DNA of 64,000 nt from an uncultured cyanobacterium (GCA_963703315.1 OY969811.1:3040001-3104000), one strand, 5' to 3'; shown: positions 19,236 through 29,875, counted from the stretch's first letter. Made by a program: numbers and translations. The notes: generated by a model not told the origin, from the letters alone.

Positions 19236-22166
19236 TACTATCCAGCGAACTTACAAGAGATGCTAGCACAGCTAATCCACATCAGCCAAAAATTTGTCAA
19301 ATTTCACTCAAAAATGTGATGGCACTATCGGCGATCGCACAGCAAAAGTCAGCGATCGTAATCTTTAACCTTCTAGCCCACCCTTAATTGCGGCAATTAC
19401 AACTTTTGCGACAGGATGATTGATTGCTTCTTCTAGTGCGGTAATGCCCCCTTCTTTGAGAGCATTGAGTATTTTGTGTTGAAGCGTGGAATCTTTTTTT
19501 ATCGTATTGATAGCTTCATCTTTGATAAGATTTTGTCCCTTTTCGGTATTGGGATTGTACTCTTCCGAAAGTTGCTCGAGTAGCTCTTTGATTTCTTTGG
19601 CAGCTTGTGCAAGATTTTGGGAATTGTTGATTTGAGTTCCGATTTTATCGCGTCCAACTTTGTCACCACCGATTTTATCACCGCGCACATAGTCACCGCC
19701 AAAGCTAGTTTGTGAATTGCTCATAGTTTGCTCTTGGTTTTGATTAACGTAAATGCTAACAGATGCTGAATTTGATAGTTGGTTATCCTTATCCAATCGT
19801 TTATTTTCATCTTCAAAAGATTTGGATAGCATTGACCTTAAGCCAGCATCATCAATTAAGCCTAATACATTGACAGATTCATAACTAATGTCACACTCAA
19901 CGGTGTATTTGCGGTTTTCATAGCGACGTTTGAGGTTGGTGAATTCGTAGAAATGGGGATTTTGACTGCCGCCACAGGTGTTGCAGTTGCAGGGGATGAG
20001 CTTTTGATATTTGTCGGCGAGGCGTTTGTAGGAGTTGTGGATTTTGTCGAGTTCGTGGGTGACTACTGTTAATAGGTCGCGCTTGTTTTTGCCAGAGACG
20101 CGGATCTTGATTTCGCGTTTGCCATAGTTTTCAATGACTTCGGCATAGGTGTTGCTGATATTTTTGCAGTGGATGATTACGCCGCTACGCCAGACGATTT
20201 GGTTATTGGCTAGGTCTTTATTGATATGTTCGTGCATGGCGACGATGAACTGACGCACGATGCCTTTGGGCATGAAGTCGTAGGTATAGCGGAGGATCAG
20301 GTTTTCGGATTCATCCCAAGCGTATTCAGGTTGGTTTTCGGTGAGGAGTTGGGGGGCGATGTAACTGCCTTTTTCTTGCGGGATTTCGTAGCAGAGTTGA
20401 AACTTTTTCATTAGTTCCAGTAAGCCGCTATGCATTCCTGTATATTCGTCTGCGCTCCAAATTTGGGCAAGTTCTTTGTTGCTGAAGCGTCCAAAGTTGC
20501 GGATTACTTCGGGATTGTCGAGAACGGCATAGGCGGCATCGGTTCCCCATTTTGGTTTGAGGATAACGATTTGATAGAGGGGAGACATTTCATCGTCTTG
20601 GAAATGCAGACAGATGCCGAGGTCATGGAGATAGCCGCTAAGCTGTAATGCGTCTTTACGCTCTTTAAAGCCTTTGTCCTCGCAGATTTGGAGATATTCA
20701 CTGAGGTTAATGTAGTTGCGCGGATCGTTCTCTAGGGCTTGGCGGACTTTGACCCATGTTTTGGGTAGGGTTTGACCGATGTGGGGGAGTTGATTGAGTT
20801 GATGTTTGGCTTCTTTCAGGATTTTATCTAAATCGCGGTTGGTGGCGAGATTGGTGGCAAAGACATCTTTAAAACTGCCAAATTCTCCGCGCAGTTCTTT
20901 GACATTAATTTCCCTCTGACGGTCTTGTTTTTCGTTTTTGATAATCAGAATCGGGCTGTTGTCGCTAAGGAGTTCGATGACGTTGAGCCAATAGTAAAAA
21001 TCGGTGTCTTCTTTGCGGGTATCGGCAACGAGGAGATAGAGGGAGCGTTTGGTGAGGAAATATTGATGGGTGGAGTGATAGATTTCTTGTCCGCCGAAGT
21101 CCCAGATATTGACGTTGAATTGCTTGCCATCGTTGCGGGGAAATGACCAATGTAATACTTCGATGCCTTTTGTGCTGTCTTCTTCGCAGAGTTGGTAATT
21201 GGGATTAATGATTTTATTAGCAAGGGAGGTTTTGCCTGCGCCGCCTTCACCGACAATCAGGAGTTTTGCTTCGTAGAGGTAGTCTACGCCTTCGGCTTCT
21301 ATTTGTTTGAAATATTGACGAATGGCTTCAATACCTTCTTTTACTACTTCTAAGGGTGGTTCTGTTATTGGATTTTTGTCTAGATTTAGATAAGAAAGTT
21401 TGGTTAACCTTGTAATCAAGTCGGGAATCGCGCTGAGATGTGTGCCGATAAGGTCAAGGGATTGGAGATTGGTTAACCTTGTAATCGAGTCGGGAATCGC
21501 GCTGAGACTGTTGTAGCTAAGGTCAAGGGATTGGAGATTGGTTAGCCTTGTAATCGAGTCGGGAATCGCGCTGAGACTGTTGTAGCTAAGGTCAAGGGAT
21601 TGGAGATTGGTTAGCCTTGTAATCGAGTCGGGAATCGCGCTGAGACTGTTGTAGCTAAGGTCAAGGGATTGGAGATTGGTTAACCTTGTAATCGAGTCGG
21701 GAATCGCGCTGAGACTGTTGTAGCTAAGGTCAAGGGATTGGAGATTGGTTAACCTTGCAATTAAGTAGTAAATATAGATGATACTGTTTCCGCTAAGGTC
21801 AAGGGATTGGAGATTGGTTAACCTAGCAATCGAGTCGCAAATCTCGCTGATACTGTTGTTTTTAAGGTCAAGGGATTGGAGATTGGTTAACCTTGTAATC
21901 GAGTCGGGAATCTCGCTTAGACTGTTTCTGCTAAGGTCAAGGGATTGGAGATTGGTTAACCTTGTAATCGAGTCGGGAATCTCGCTTAGACTGTTTCCGC
22001 TAAGGTCAAGGGATTGGAGATTGGTTAACCTAGCAATCGAGTCGCAAATCTCGCTGATACTGTTGTTTTTAAGGTCAAGGGATTGGAGATTAATTAACCT
22101 TGTAATCGAGTCGGGAATCTCGCTTAGATTGTTTCCGCTAAGGTCAAGGGATTGGAGATTGGTTAA

Positions 22167-23425
22167 CTCAGATCTTGCACCATTCCTGAAAATGTTAAGT
22201 GGGAATGGGTTTGAGAATAATTTCAAAGCCATGACGAGCAGCAATATCGGCACTAATTTGAAGATACCTGAGAAGTTTCAACCAAAGGACAGAAGGGAAT
22301 AAAACAGAAAGAGTTAAATCACAGGTAGCTTTCCAGTCCAAGATGGGAGGACTCGACCATTGATCAATCCAATGAACCAAAAGATAAGCAAGCAGAGAAA
22401 GGATAAGCCAACGATAAACGCCAAGTTTTGTAGATTGTCCAAAACAATGCAAACCAAAGCGATGTTTGATGGTTTTGAAGAAACCCTCAATTGCCCAACG
22501 CTTACGCCCCAACATAACCAGATAAGCACCAGAATAAGGATGAGAAGAGACGACAAAGCGTAACTCCCGTTTACTATCGGCTCTTTTGAGCCAGAACCAA
22601 GAGATGGTCAAAGGCTTAGTTAGCCCTTTCAGTAAAACTTGTTGTCCACGGTTGCCATGGCGATAAAGTTGTTTGACGGTACGTCCATCTTGAAGTTTGC
22701 GATTGTTGCGTACGCCAACAACTATGCGCCAAGACTTGGCGCGGACAGCATTGAAAAACTTCACCGTACTAAACTCAGTATCAGCAAGGACAATCACAGT
22801 CTTGCCTTGGGTTAGTTGCTTGGGTACTGTCCCCAACAACTTACAAGCTAAGTCAGAGGGACTGGGGTATCCTTTGCCGCGCCATACTCTAAAACTCCAT
22901 GGTACGCGCCACTCTCCATAGACCAAATACAGTACAACCAGATGTAGTCCTCGCTTGCCGTTTAGTATTCTCACCCATGGGTCGGGTTTGTCTTTAGTGG
23001 GATTGCTCAATTGTAAGAACTTGCCGCATTTTTCTAGGGTCGTCAAATCTATCAGGATCTTTAATGGCACTTGTTTCGATGGATGATGCTTGCCGATTTG
23101 TCCCAAAATAGCCTGCCTTGTTGCTCGAATTAGTCCTCTGGTTGACCAGTTATAGTGATTGAGAAATCGACTGAGCGCACTTGCTGATTTTATCTGTGTA
23201 TGTTCTGGATAAGGATGCCCTTGTGCTTCCAGAAATAGCCCTAATATTGCATTGAGACTTGCTTTTTGATACACACTTGGCATCAAACACAGAAGACTAT
23301 ACACTAGCCATTGGGCGTGTTTAACGATGCTTTCCATAATCGTTATTTGAATTTACTACTACGCCCTTTTTTTCACATTTCTGCTCTTTCTACAACCCCT
23401 TTTCTTGAATGGTGCAAGATCTCAG
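22167..23425 (-). mobile_element. IS701-like (IS4 superfamily) insertion sequence, 1259 bp
   Basis: TIR CT(C/G)AGATCTTGCACCATTC (18/19); TTAA duplicated at 22163-66 and 23426-29 (alternatively read as GTTAAC, 6 bp); family assignment tentative. Confidence 0.88.
22195..23337 (-). CDS. DDE transposase
   Basis: LIDLTTLEK, VLADTEF, RWAIEGFFKTIK. Confidence 0.9.
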   Translation of the reverse strand: MESIVKHAQWLVYSLLCLMPSVYQKASLNAILGLFLEAQGHPYPEHTQIKSASALSRFLNHYNWSTRGLIRATRQAILGQIGKHHPSKQVPLKILIDLTTLEKCGKFLQLSNPTKDKPDPWVRILNGKRGLHLVVLYLVYGEWRVPWSFRVWRGKGYPSPSDLACKLLGTVPKQLTQGKTVIVLADTEFSTVKFFNAVRAKSWRIVVGVRNNRKLQDGRTVKQLYRHGNRGQQVLLKGLTKPLTISWFWLKRADSKRELRFVVSSHPYSGAYLVMLGRKRWAIEGFFKTIKHRFGLHCFGQSTKLGVYRWLILSLLAYLLVHWIDQWSSPPILDWKATCDLTLSVLFPSVLWLKLLRYLQISADIAARHGFEIILKPIPT

Positions 23426-24156
23426 TTAACCTTGTAATCGAGTCGGGAATCTCACTTAGACTGTTTCCGCTAAGGTCAAGGGATTGGAGATTGGTTAACC
23501 TTGTAATCGAGTCGGGAATCTCGCTTAGATTGTTTCCGCTAAGGTCAAGGGATTGGAGATTGGTTAACCTTGTAATCGAGTCGGGAATCTCGTTGAGATC
23601 GTTGCTTCCAAGGTCAAGAGATTGGAGATTAGATAATTCTGCTATTTCAGTGGGTAAAGTTTTGAGCAAATTAACCAAAAGGGTTAATGTACCACTACTA
23701 TAACCCTTATCAGACAAGTAATGATTTGTTTCAATGATTGTTCCTAAAACCAATTTCTTCAAACTTGTGCAATTCCCGATCGCTGCTGGTAATACCTCAA
23801 TCCCCTTCCCCGACAGATCGAGTTCTTCCCAATTCTCCCGCGCCGCCTGTTCAATAAGTTCTTCTAATTCCGATGGCAACATGATTTCAAGGAAAAAGTA
23901 AAAGGGTAAAAGGAAAAAATTGGGTTGAGGTTGAGGGCGATTGTATGAAATTTACAGTAAACCAAATGTTAGACATTAAGAATAACTTACAAATATTCTA
24001 AATTGCCAACCATATCTTCAGGCGTTAACACCTCCCAGATCAAAATCAGACTCCTCAAAATCTCGCCAGTTGTCCGAGATCGCTTTAGGTCTTTCTCTGG
24101 ATGACGTTAAACAGTTAATATCTGAGTAAAATAGGCAGTAAGTTAAAAATTTAAGG

Positions 24157-24381
24157 GTGTCAATTATGACCCAAGCATTACACGCCGCCATTGAGTCAGT
24201 TAAATCGCTCAGCCTAGAGGAGAAGCATCAACTCTGGTTAATTCTCGATGAGGCGATCGCCCAAGCTGAAGAGCAAGACTGGCTAGAGGACGATGAAACG
24301 GCTGCGAAAATTCAGCAAGTACGCGAAGAGTATAGACAAGGTGAATACATTACGTTTCATCAGTACCTTACTCAAAAATAG
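24157..24381 (+). CDS. Putative antitoxin
   Basis: Small acidic ORF directly upstream of the RelE-like toxin. Confidence 0.65.
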   Translation: MSIMTQALHAAIESVKSLSLEEKHQLWLILDEAIAQAEEQDWLEDDETAAKIQQVREEYRQGEYITFHQYLTQK

Positions 24382-24383
24382 TC

Positions 24384-24647
24384 ATGACTTACACAATTAT
24401 CGTCACCAAGTCTATCCAAAAAGATTTAGATAATCTTCCTAATGACATCAAAACTAGGATTTACAGCAAAATATCACAACTATCCGAAGATCCACGTCCT
24501 GACAGTGTAACCAAACTAAAAGGTTATGAGAATGAATATCGGATTAGAATCGGTGACTATCGGGTTCGTTATGAAATTATCGACAAAGACGAAACTGTTT
24601 TGCTGTTGCAATGCAAGCATAGGCGAGAGGTTTATAAAAATCGTTGA
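24384..24647 (+). CDS. RelE/ParE family toxin
   Basis: KLKG...YRIRIGDYRVRYEI...HRREVY. Confidence 0.9.
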   Translation: MTYTIIVTKSIQKDLDNLPNDIKTRIYSKISQLSEDPRPDSVTKLKGYENEYRIRIGDYRVRYEIIDKDETVLLLQCKHRREVYKNR

Positions 24648-24654
24648 ATACCAT

Positions 24655-24849
24655 ATGAAAAAGATTAGTTATAGCAAAGATGTTGATGCGCTCTTAATTG
24701 AAATTTCTAATGATGCGATCGCCTATGCAGAAGAAGATAGTCAAGTAATTTTGCATTATTCACCAGACGATAAACTGGTTCTAGTTGAAATTCTAGACTT
24801 TCGCCGCTTTATGTCTAAGGAGTCCGTTGCTGCTATGTTAGCAGTTTAA
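24655..24849 (+). CDS. DUF2283-like protein
   Basis: MKKISYSKDVDALLIEI...VEILD; start moved to ATG 24655. Confidence 0.75.
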   Translation: MKKISYSKDVDALLIEISNDAIAYAEEDSQVILHYSPDDKLVLVEILDFRRFMSKESVAAMLAV

Positions 24850-24888
24850 AAACTAATTGATTCCGCCATAACGCTCCTTCAACTTTTG

Positions 24889-25173
24889 TTACAAAAGAGA
24901 AGTCGTTTTAGCCTTCATTTCTATCGCAAAAGCCTCATCTTCAGCGATCTGTTGTCTAATTTCTCGAAAATGATCATGATAATAAGCCAATGCAGAATAA
25001 ACATCCGACAGCGTGATAGATGGATATTGAGAGACTATTTCATCAGCAGACAAACCCATTCGTTCATGCCAAATCACAATATCCTCAACCCTAATCCGAT
25101 GTCCAGCAATCCGAGGTTTACCTCCGCAGACACCTTGATTAATCTCAATATGGTTATTAATTACTGTTGTCAT
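24889..25173 (-). CDS. DUF433 protein (antitoxin-like)
   Basis: VCGGKPRIAGHRIRV...YPSITLSDVYSALAYY. Confidence 0.88.
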   Translation of the reverse strand: MTTVINNHIEINQGVCGGKPRIAGHRIRVEDIVIWHERMGLSADEIVSQYPSITLSDVYSALAYYHDHFREIRQQIAEDEAFAIEMKAKTTSLL

Positions 25174-25261
25174 AATAAGTAAAAAGGTAAAAGGAAAAAA
25201 GGGGGACATTTACAATGAGATTAGACTCTCTTTGACTTGTTGACTCAGGTATATCTCGCTG

Positions 25262-25618
25262 TTAGCTTATCTCATAATCCAAACACAGCATCAAAGCATC
25301 CAACAAATCTCTAACCACCTCATCTGAGACAACACCCACATATTTTACTAAACGTTCCACAGAAACACTACGAATTTGCAAAACATTTCCTGCTGAATCT
25401 ACATCAAGTCCATTGCTATCTGTTTTGAGTATGGGAACCATAAACGGACGGTTTACAAACTTCGGATGCCATGTCGCTACAGGTACAACGATCCGCATTT
25501 GAATATCTGACAAAAAATTAGAACTGACAATCACGGCTGGACGTGTTTTCTGAATCTCTTGTCCCCTTGTCGGATCGAGTTGAACTAACCAAATTTCACC
25601 ACGTTTAGAAACTCTCAT
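25262..25618 (-). CDS. PemK/MazF family toxin
   Basis: RGEIWLVQLDPTRGQEIQKTRPAVIVS, QIRSVS. Confidence 0.92.
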   Translation of the reverse strand: MRVSKRGEIWLVQLDPTRGQEIQKTRPAVIVSSNFLSDIQMRIVVPVATWHPKFVNRPFMVPILKTDSNGLDVDSAGNVLQIRSVSVERLVKYVGVVSDEVVRDLLDALMLCLDYEIS

Positions 25619-26006
25619 CTACTCTATCCCAATCCTCGCCATCCAACACCGCAAACTCCGTCAACTCAGGATCATTAGCAAAATCTTCAGCCATTTCAGC
25701 CACAAAAGGCGACAACAAACGATGGCGCTCAGTCAAGGGCAGCTTAATCAACTCTCGCAAAGATAACCCATGTCCATCTGTAGCCAATCTAGCCTCAGAA
25801 ATCCTAACTTCATCACTTCTTTGTTGATATAGCCTCAGACTCTCTCGTAACCCATCATGCGCCTTAATTAAAACTTTATTGGCACTCGATACATCGCTTC
25901 CATTTACCAAAGACTGTTCAACATCTTCACAAAGAAACTGCATCGCTTGCAGCTTTTCCTCAAGTGATAAATCATGTAATACAGGTAGCAAACTTGTGAT
26001 ACTCAT
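25605..26006 (-). CDS. Putative antitoxin/hypothetical
   Basis: Overlaps the mazF-like start; acidic C-terminus DPELTEF. Confidence 0.6.
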   Translation of the reverse strand: MSITSLLPVLHDLSLEEKLQAMQFLCEDVEQSLVNGSDVSSANKVLIKAHDGLRESLRLYQQRSDEVRISEARLATDGHGLSLRELIKLPLTERHRLLSPFVAEMAEDFANDPELTEFAVLDGEDWDRVDESF

Positions 26007-26094
26007 ACTCTTAACAAGGAAAAAGTAGAAAGGTAAAAGGAAAAATTGTATTTTTTAGAGCTATTAGCCTTCGCTAATCTCAAGAAAAATCCAA

Positions 26095-26664
26095 TTACCC
26101 CAGTTTGTAATTAGATAGACTTTCATTAATTTCAGCCAAGTCAAAAGCCTCAGCATCAAGCCCTCCCTCGTGATATTCCATCATTTCGGCATAATCTGGA
26201 TGACTAGGATCTGACAAAATCTCTAATAGATCCATATAGCCCCATGCTCCACCACAATCTTCAGGCGGACAAGCTCGTTTCCCCTTAATGCAAATAGGAT
26301 ACTTAAGTTTGGGATCGGGAGCTAAGATCTTCTCTAAAACAATTTTATGTTGCCAACCATCACCCATGTCATAGATATACCTGATCCAACTTTTCTCATG
26401 GGTCAACACCTGATTAACTTTAAATTTTGTCTCATCCTTGGAAGGTGTTCCAAAATCAAACAAATCGTTATCGGGCATTAATGGCATATAACTAGCTTCA
26501 CTACTTTCAAAACTGTGTAGGTGGTAATTTTGCCAAGGCATGATTGCTTGAATTACCAGATGTAGCTCATCTAACTTCATCGTACTTTCTACTAACACCC
26601 TGCGCCAAATCGGAGGGCGAATATCTTCTAAAGTAATTTTTAGTTGAAATATTGATCGGGGCAT
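26095..26664 (-). CDS. Plasmid pRiA4b ORF-3 family protein
   Basis: QLKITL..IRPPIWRRV, YDMGDGW.H, GKRACPPEDCGG. Confidence 0.92.
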   Translation of the reverse strand: MPRSIFQLKITLEDIRPPIWRRVLVESTMKLDELHLVIQAIMPWQNYHLHSFESSEASYMPLMPDNDLFDFGTPSKDETKFKVNQVLTHEKSWIRYIYDMGDGWQHKIVLEKILAPDPKLKYPICIKGKRACPPEDCGGAWGYMDLLEILSDPSHPDYAEMMEYHEGGLDAEAFDLAEINESLSNYKLG

Positions 26665-26797
26665 TAGTTAATTAAAGACTAAAGGTTTTTAAAATTCTAC
26701 TACCTAAATAATTACATCAAGCTAACTCTTTAACTAATCCCTAGCGATCGCTTCTGGCAATACCTCAATCACCTTCCCCGACAGATCGAGTTCTTCC

Positions 26798-26855
26798 TAG
26801 GACGTGTCATCAATTGATTAGGGTTTTCCCCTAGTTTAATTGATGACACACCCTA
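26798..26855. repeat. TA-flanked palindromic mini-element
   Basis: TAGGACGTGTCATCAATT...AATTGATGACACACCCTA. Confidence 0.6.
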
Positions 26856-26884
26856 CATAAAGAGTAGAAAAGGCACAGCCATTT

Positions 26885-27967
26885 CTAAACTGGTTGGAAA
26901 TAAAATGCGAAACCTAAAATTGCATAGGTTGCAACTAGCAAAGATCCTTCTAACCAATTCGATCGCCCATCGGAACTAATCGAATTCGCAATCAAAACTG
27001 CTACCGCCACAGCCACTAACTCAAAGGGATTGAAGTTTAAATCCATCGGCTGACCGATAAACCAACCAACAATTACTAGCAATGGTGCAACAAATAGGGC
27101 AATTTGCATACTTGAACCTACGGCTACTGATACCGATAGTTCCATTTTATTTTTCATTGCGACCGTAATCGCTGTTGTATGCTCCGCCGCATTACCAATA
27201 ATCGGTAAGAGAATTACCCCAGTAAATAGTTCCGTTAAACCTAGTTGGGCAGTTGCCTCTTCTAAAGTTCCTACTAAAAGCTCAGATTCTAAAGCAACTA
27301 ATAAAGTTACACCCAGTAGAACTGAAATCCATAGTTTAAGATTGATTTCCTGCGGATGACCTTCCGCCTCCTCAGCATCATCTGCTTCAGATTTGCCCAC
27401 ATCATAGAGATAGGCATGAGTTTTCATGGAGAATAGAAGCGTTAAACAATAAACAACAATTAAGACGATCGCTACAGAGATCGATAATTTTTGCAATATT
27501 TCTTCACTAATCCCAGTAGTTGTAAAATTTGCCGCCGTTGGTAACAAAATGGCAATTACCGCCAAATTCATCACCGAAGCATTTAATCGCGCCATCGTCG
27601 GCTGAAATTCTTGCTCTTTGTAACGCAGTCCACCCAAAAACATCGATAAGCCCATTACCAGCAACAGGTTGCCAATGATCGAGCCAGTGATGCTAGCTTT
27701 GACGACACCAGTAAATCCTGCATTCAAAGCCACGATCGCAATGATTAGCTCAGTCGCGTTACCAAAGGTGGCATTTAACAAACCGCCCCATGAAGGTCCC
27801 AAAACCACCGAGATTTCTTCGGTCGCAGTGCTGAGCCAACCTGCTAAGGGCAAAATGGCGATCGCCGAAGTCACAAATACCAGTGTCGAGTTCCATCCTA
27901 GCAAGTGACCGATCACCGATATTGGTACAAACGCAAGCAAACCAAAGGAAAAGATTTTCTTAAACAT
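26885..27967 (-). CDS. cax: Ca2+/H+ antiporter (CAX/ChaA)
   Basis: NATFGNATELI and GNAAEH alpha repeats. Confidence 0.93.
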   Translation of the reverse strand: MFKKIFSFGLLAFVPISVIGHLLGWNSTLVFVTSAIAILPLAGWLSTATEEISVVLGPSWGGLLNATFGNATELIIAIVALNAGFTGVVKASITGSIIGNLLLVMGLSMFLGGLRYKEQEFQPTMARLNASVMNLAVIAILLPTAANFTTTGISEEILQKLSISVAIVLIVVYCLTLLFSMKTHAYLYDVGKSEADDAEEAEGHPQEINLKLWISVLLGVTLLVALESELLVGTLEEATAQLGLTELFTGVILLPIIGNAAEHTTAITVAMKNKMELSVSVAVGSSMQIALFVAPLLVIVGWFIGQPMDLNFNPFELVAVAVAVLIANSISSDGRSNWLEGSLLVATYAILGFAFYFQPV

Positions 27968-28117
27968 ATTGCGGTTGTTGTAGAGTCAAGGCTAAATATA
28001 CCAACAAAACCCAAAAAAGTTAGAGGAGGTTACGACGTAACCTCCTCTAACTTTTTGAAGGTTGCGATAAAATGTTCTAACAACTCAATGCTTGGCTGCT
28101 AATCAACAAAAACTTCT

Positions 28118-28726
28118 ATGACCGAACTTACCGCCGAACAACATCGCACCAAGATGCAACGCCGCCAAGAGGTGCAACATCAAAAAGTCGCAGAGCGTAA
28201 CCTCGAAAAAGGGCTGATTATCATTAATACGGGTGACGGCAAAGGCAAAACCACTGCGGCGTTGGGGATGGTATTGCGATCGCTAGGGCATGGGTACAAA
28301 GTGGCGATCGTCCAGTTCATCAAAGGGGCCTGGGAACCTGCGGAAAAGAAAGTTTTTGAAATGTGGCAGGATCAACTGGTTTTTCAGGCTCTCGGTGAGG
28401 GCTTTACATGGGAAACCCAAGACCGCGATCGCGATATTGCTAAAACCAAGGAAGCATGGGAAGTGGGACTTGGCTATATTAAAGATCCTGAGTACAAACT
28501 GGTTCTGCTCGATGAGGTGAATATTGCACTCAAATTAGGCTATCTTGATGTCGAAACGGTGATTGCAGGACTGCAAGAGAAACCTGCTGATTCCCATGTG
28601 ATTCTCACTGGACGCGGCGCACCTCCTGAACTAATTGAAGTTGCTGACTTAGTTACGAGAATGGAACTTGTCAAACATCCCTTTAGAGAACAAGGTGTTA
28701 AAGCTCAAGCAGGAATCGAGTTTTAG
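28118..28726 (+). CDS. cobO: Cob(I)yrinic acid a,c-diamide adenosyltransferase
   Basis: TGDGKGKTTAA, VQFIKG, LLDE, TGRGA, KHPF. Confidence 0.96.
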   Translation: MTELTAEQHRTKMQRRQEVQHQKVAERNLEKGLIIINTGDGKGKTTAALGMVLRSLGHGYKVAIVQFIKGAWEPAEKKVFEMWQDQLVFQALGEGFTWETQDRDRDIAKTKEAWEVGLGYIKDPEYKLVLLDEVNIALKLGYLDVETVIAGLQEKPADSHVILTGRGAPPELIEVADLVTRMELVKHPFREQGVKAQAGIEF

Positions 28727-28782
28727 AAAGAGCGCAAAGCGCTCTTTCTAAAAAAGTTCAAATCATTAAATTAGTAAGGAAT

Positions 28783-29871
28783 ATGTCAAAAATTGGTGTT
28801 GGTATTATCGGAACAGGATTCGGGCAGATTATCCATATTCCTGCTCTACAAATTCATCCTGATACCGAAGTTGTGGCGGTATACCATCGCGATCGCCTCA
28901 AAGCCCAACAAATTGCCGCTAAATTTAATATTCCCCATGCTTGCGATCGCCTTGAAGATTTACTGGCACTTCCCGCAGTCCAAGCAGTGACGATCTCCAC
29001 ACCACCGAGTTTTCACTATGAACAGGCAAAAGCAGCGATCGCCGCAGGTAAACATATTTTGCTAGAAAAACCTGTAACGATGAACTTTCAAGAGGCGATC
29101 GACCTATATCGGCTTGCCCAAGAGAAACAGGTAATCACCGCTACTGATTTTGAATTTCGCTGTGTTCCGCAATGGAAGTATTTCAAGCATTTGCTAGACC
29201 ATAATCATATTGGCAAAAAACGTCTAATTCAAATCGATTGGCTCGTACAAGGTCGCGCCGATCCAAAGCGGGTGTGGAATTGGTATAGCCAAAAAGAATT
29301 TGGTGGTGGCGCATTAGGAGCGATCGGTTCCCATGCCTTTGATTATGTGCGGTGGTTATTTGGCGATATCAAAAGTCTTTCTGGACAACTCAGTACAGGC
29401 ATTACCGAACGTCCTGATTCTAATGGAACGATGCGACCCGTTGATGCCGATGACACTTGCAACATTCTCTTAGAACTTGCCGATGGCACTCCCTGCAATA
29501 TTTCTTTAAGTACAGTCACCTATCGCGGTCGTGGGCATTGGCTAACAGTTTATGGGGAAAATGGAACGCTAGTATTAGGAAGTTCCAATCAATCAGATTA
29601 TGTGCATGGCTTTAGTCTGCGACAAGGCAAACTCGATCGCTCAGAAATGGAAATTGTCCCGATCCCTCCTGAGTATGATCTGCCGCAAACCTATACCGAT
29701 GGTCGCCTCGCGCCAGTACTCGCGATATGCGATCGCTGGGTACAGTCCATTCAAACTGGACAACCGATGACTCCGAGTCTCTATGAGGGGGCATGGTCAC
29801 AGTTACTGATGGATTTAACCCAAGAGTCCCATCATCAAAAGAAATGGATTGATGTACCTTCATCTATCTAA
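28783..29871 (+). CDS. Gfo/Idh/MocA oxidoreductase
   Basis: GIIGTG, GKHILLEKP, GGGALGAIGSH. Confidence 0.9.
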   Translation: MSKIGVGIIGTGFGQIIHIPALQIHPDTEVVAVYHRDRLKAQQIAAKFNIPHACDRLEDLLALPAVQAVTISTPPSFHYEQAKAAIAAGKHILLEKPVTMNFQEAIDLYRLAQEKQVITATDFEFRCVPQWKYFKHLLDHNHIGKKRLIQIDWLVQGRADPKRVWNWYSQKEFGGGALGAIGSHAFDYVRWLFGDIKSLSGQLSTGITERPDSNGTMRPVDADDTCNILLELADGTPCNISLSTVTYRGRGHWLTVYGENGTLVLGSSNQSDYVHGFSLRQGKLDRSEMEIVPIPPEYDLPQTYTDGRLAPVLAICDRWVQSIQTGQPMTPSLYEGAWSQLLMDLTQESHHQKKWIDVPSSI

Positions 29872-29875
29872 GCAA

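Larger units (their letters stand above)
21395..23640 (-). repeat. 69-bp tandem repeats coding 23-aa LRRs (14 NLQSLDL units), split by the IS
   Basis: Near-identical units, e.g. AAGGTCAAGGGATTGGAGATTGGTTAACCTTGTAATCGAGTCGGGAATC. Confidence 0.95.
19365..23882 (-). pseudogene. LRR-Roc-COR (Roco) protein gene interrupted by an IS
   Basis: 5' part 23426-23882 and 3' part 19365-22162 join in frame (3255 nt, 1084 aa) once the IS and one TTAA are removed; GEGGAGKTS, WDFGGQ, NEKQ, COR. Confidence 0.9.

Noticed and set aside
21762..21778. Diversity-generating retroelement variable region
   Set aside because: No reverse transcriptase or template repeat in the window; the changed consensus bases are C/G, not A
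22163..22253. N-terminus MPILLLVMALK of the 962-aa ORF
   Set aside because: Derived from the IS end; the true gene start is 23882
21395..23640. Regular repeats resembling a CRISPR array
   Set aside because: Contiguous 69-bp in-frame LRR coding units without unique spacers; no cas genes in the window
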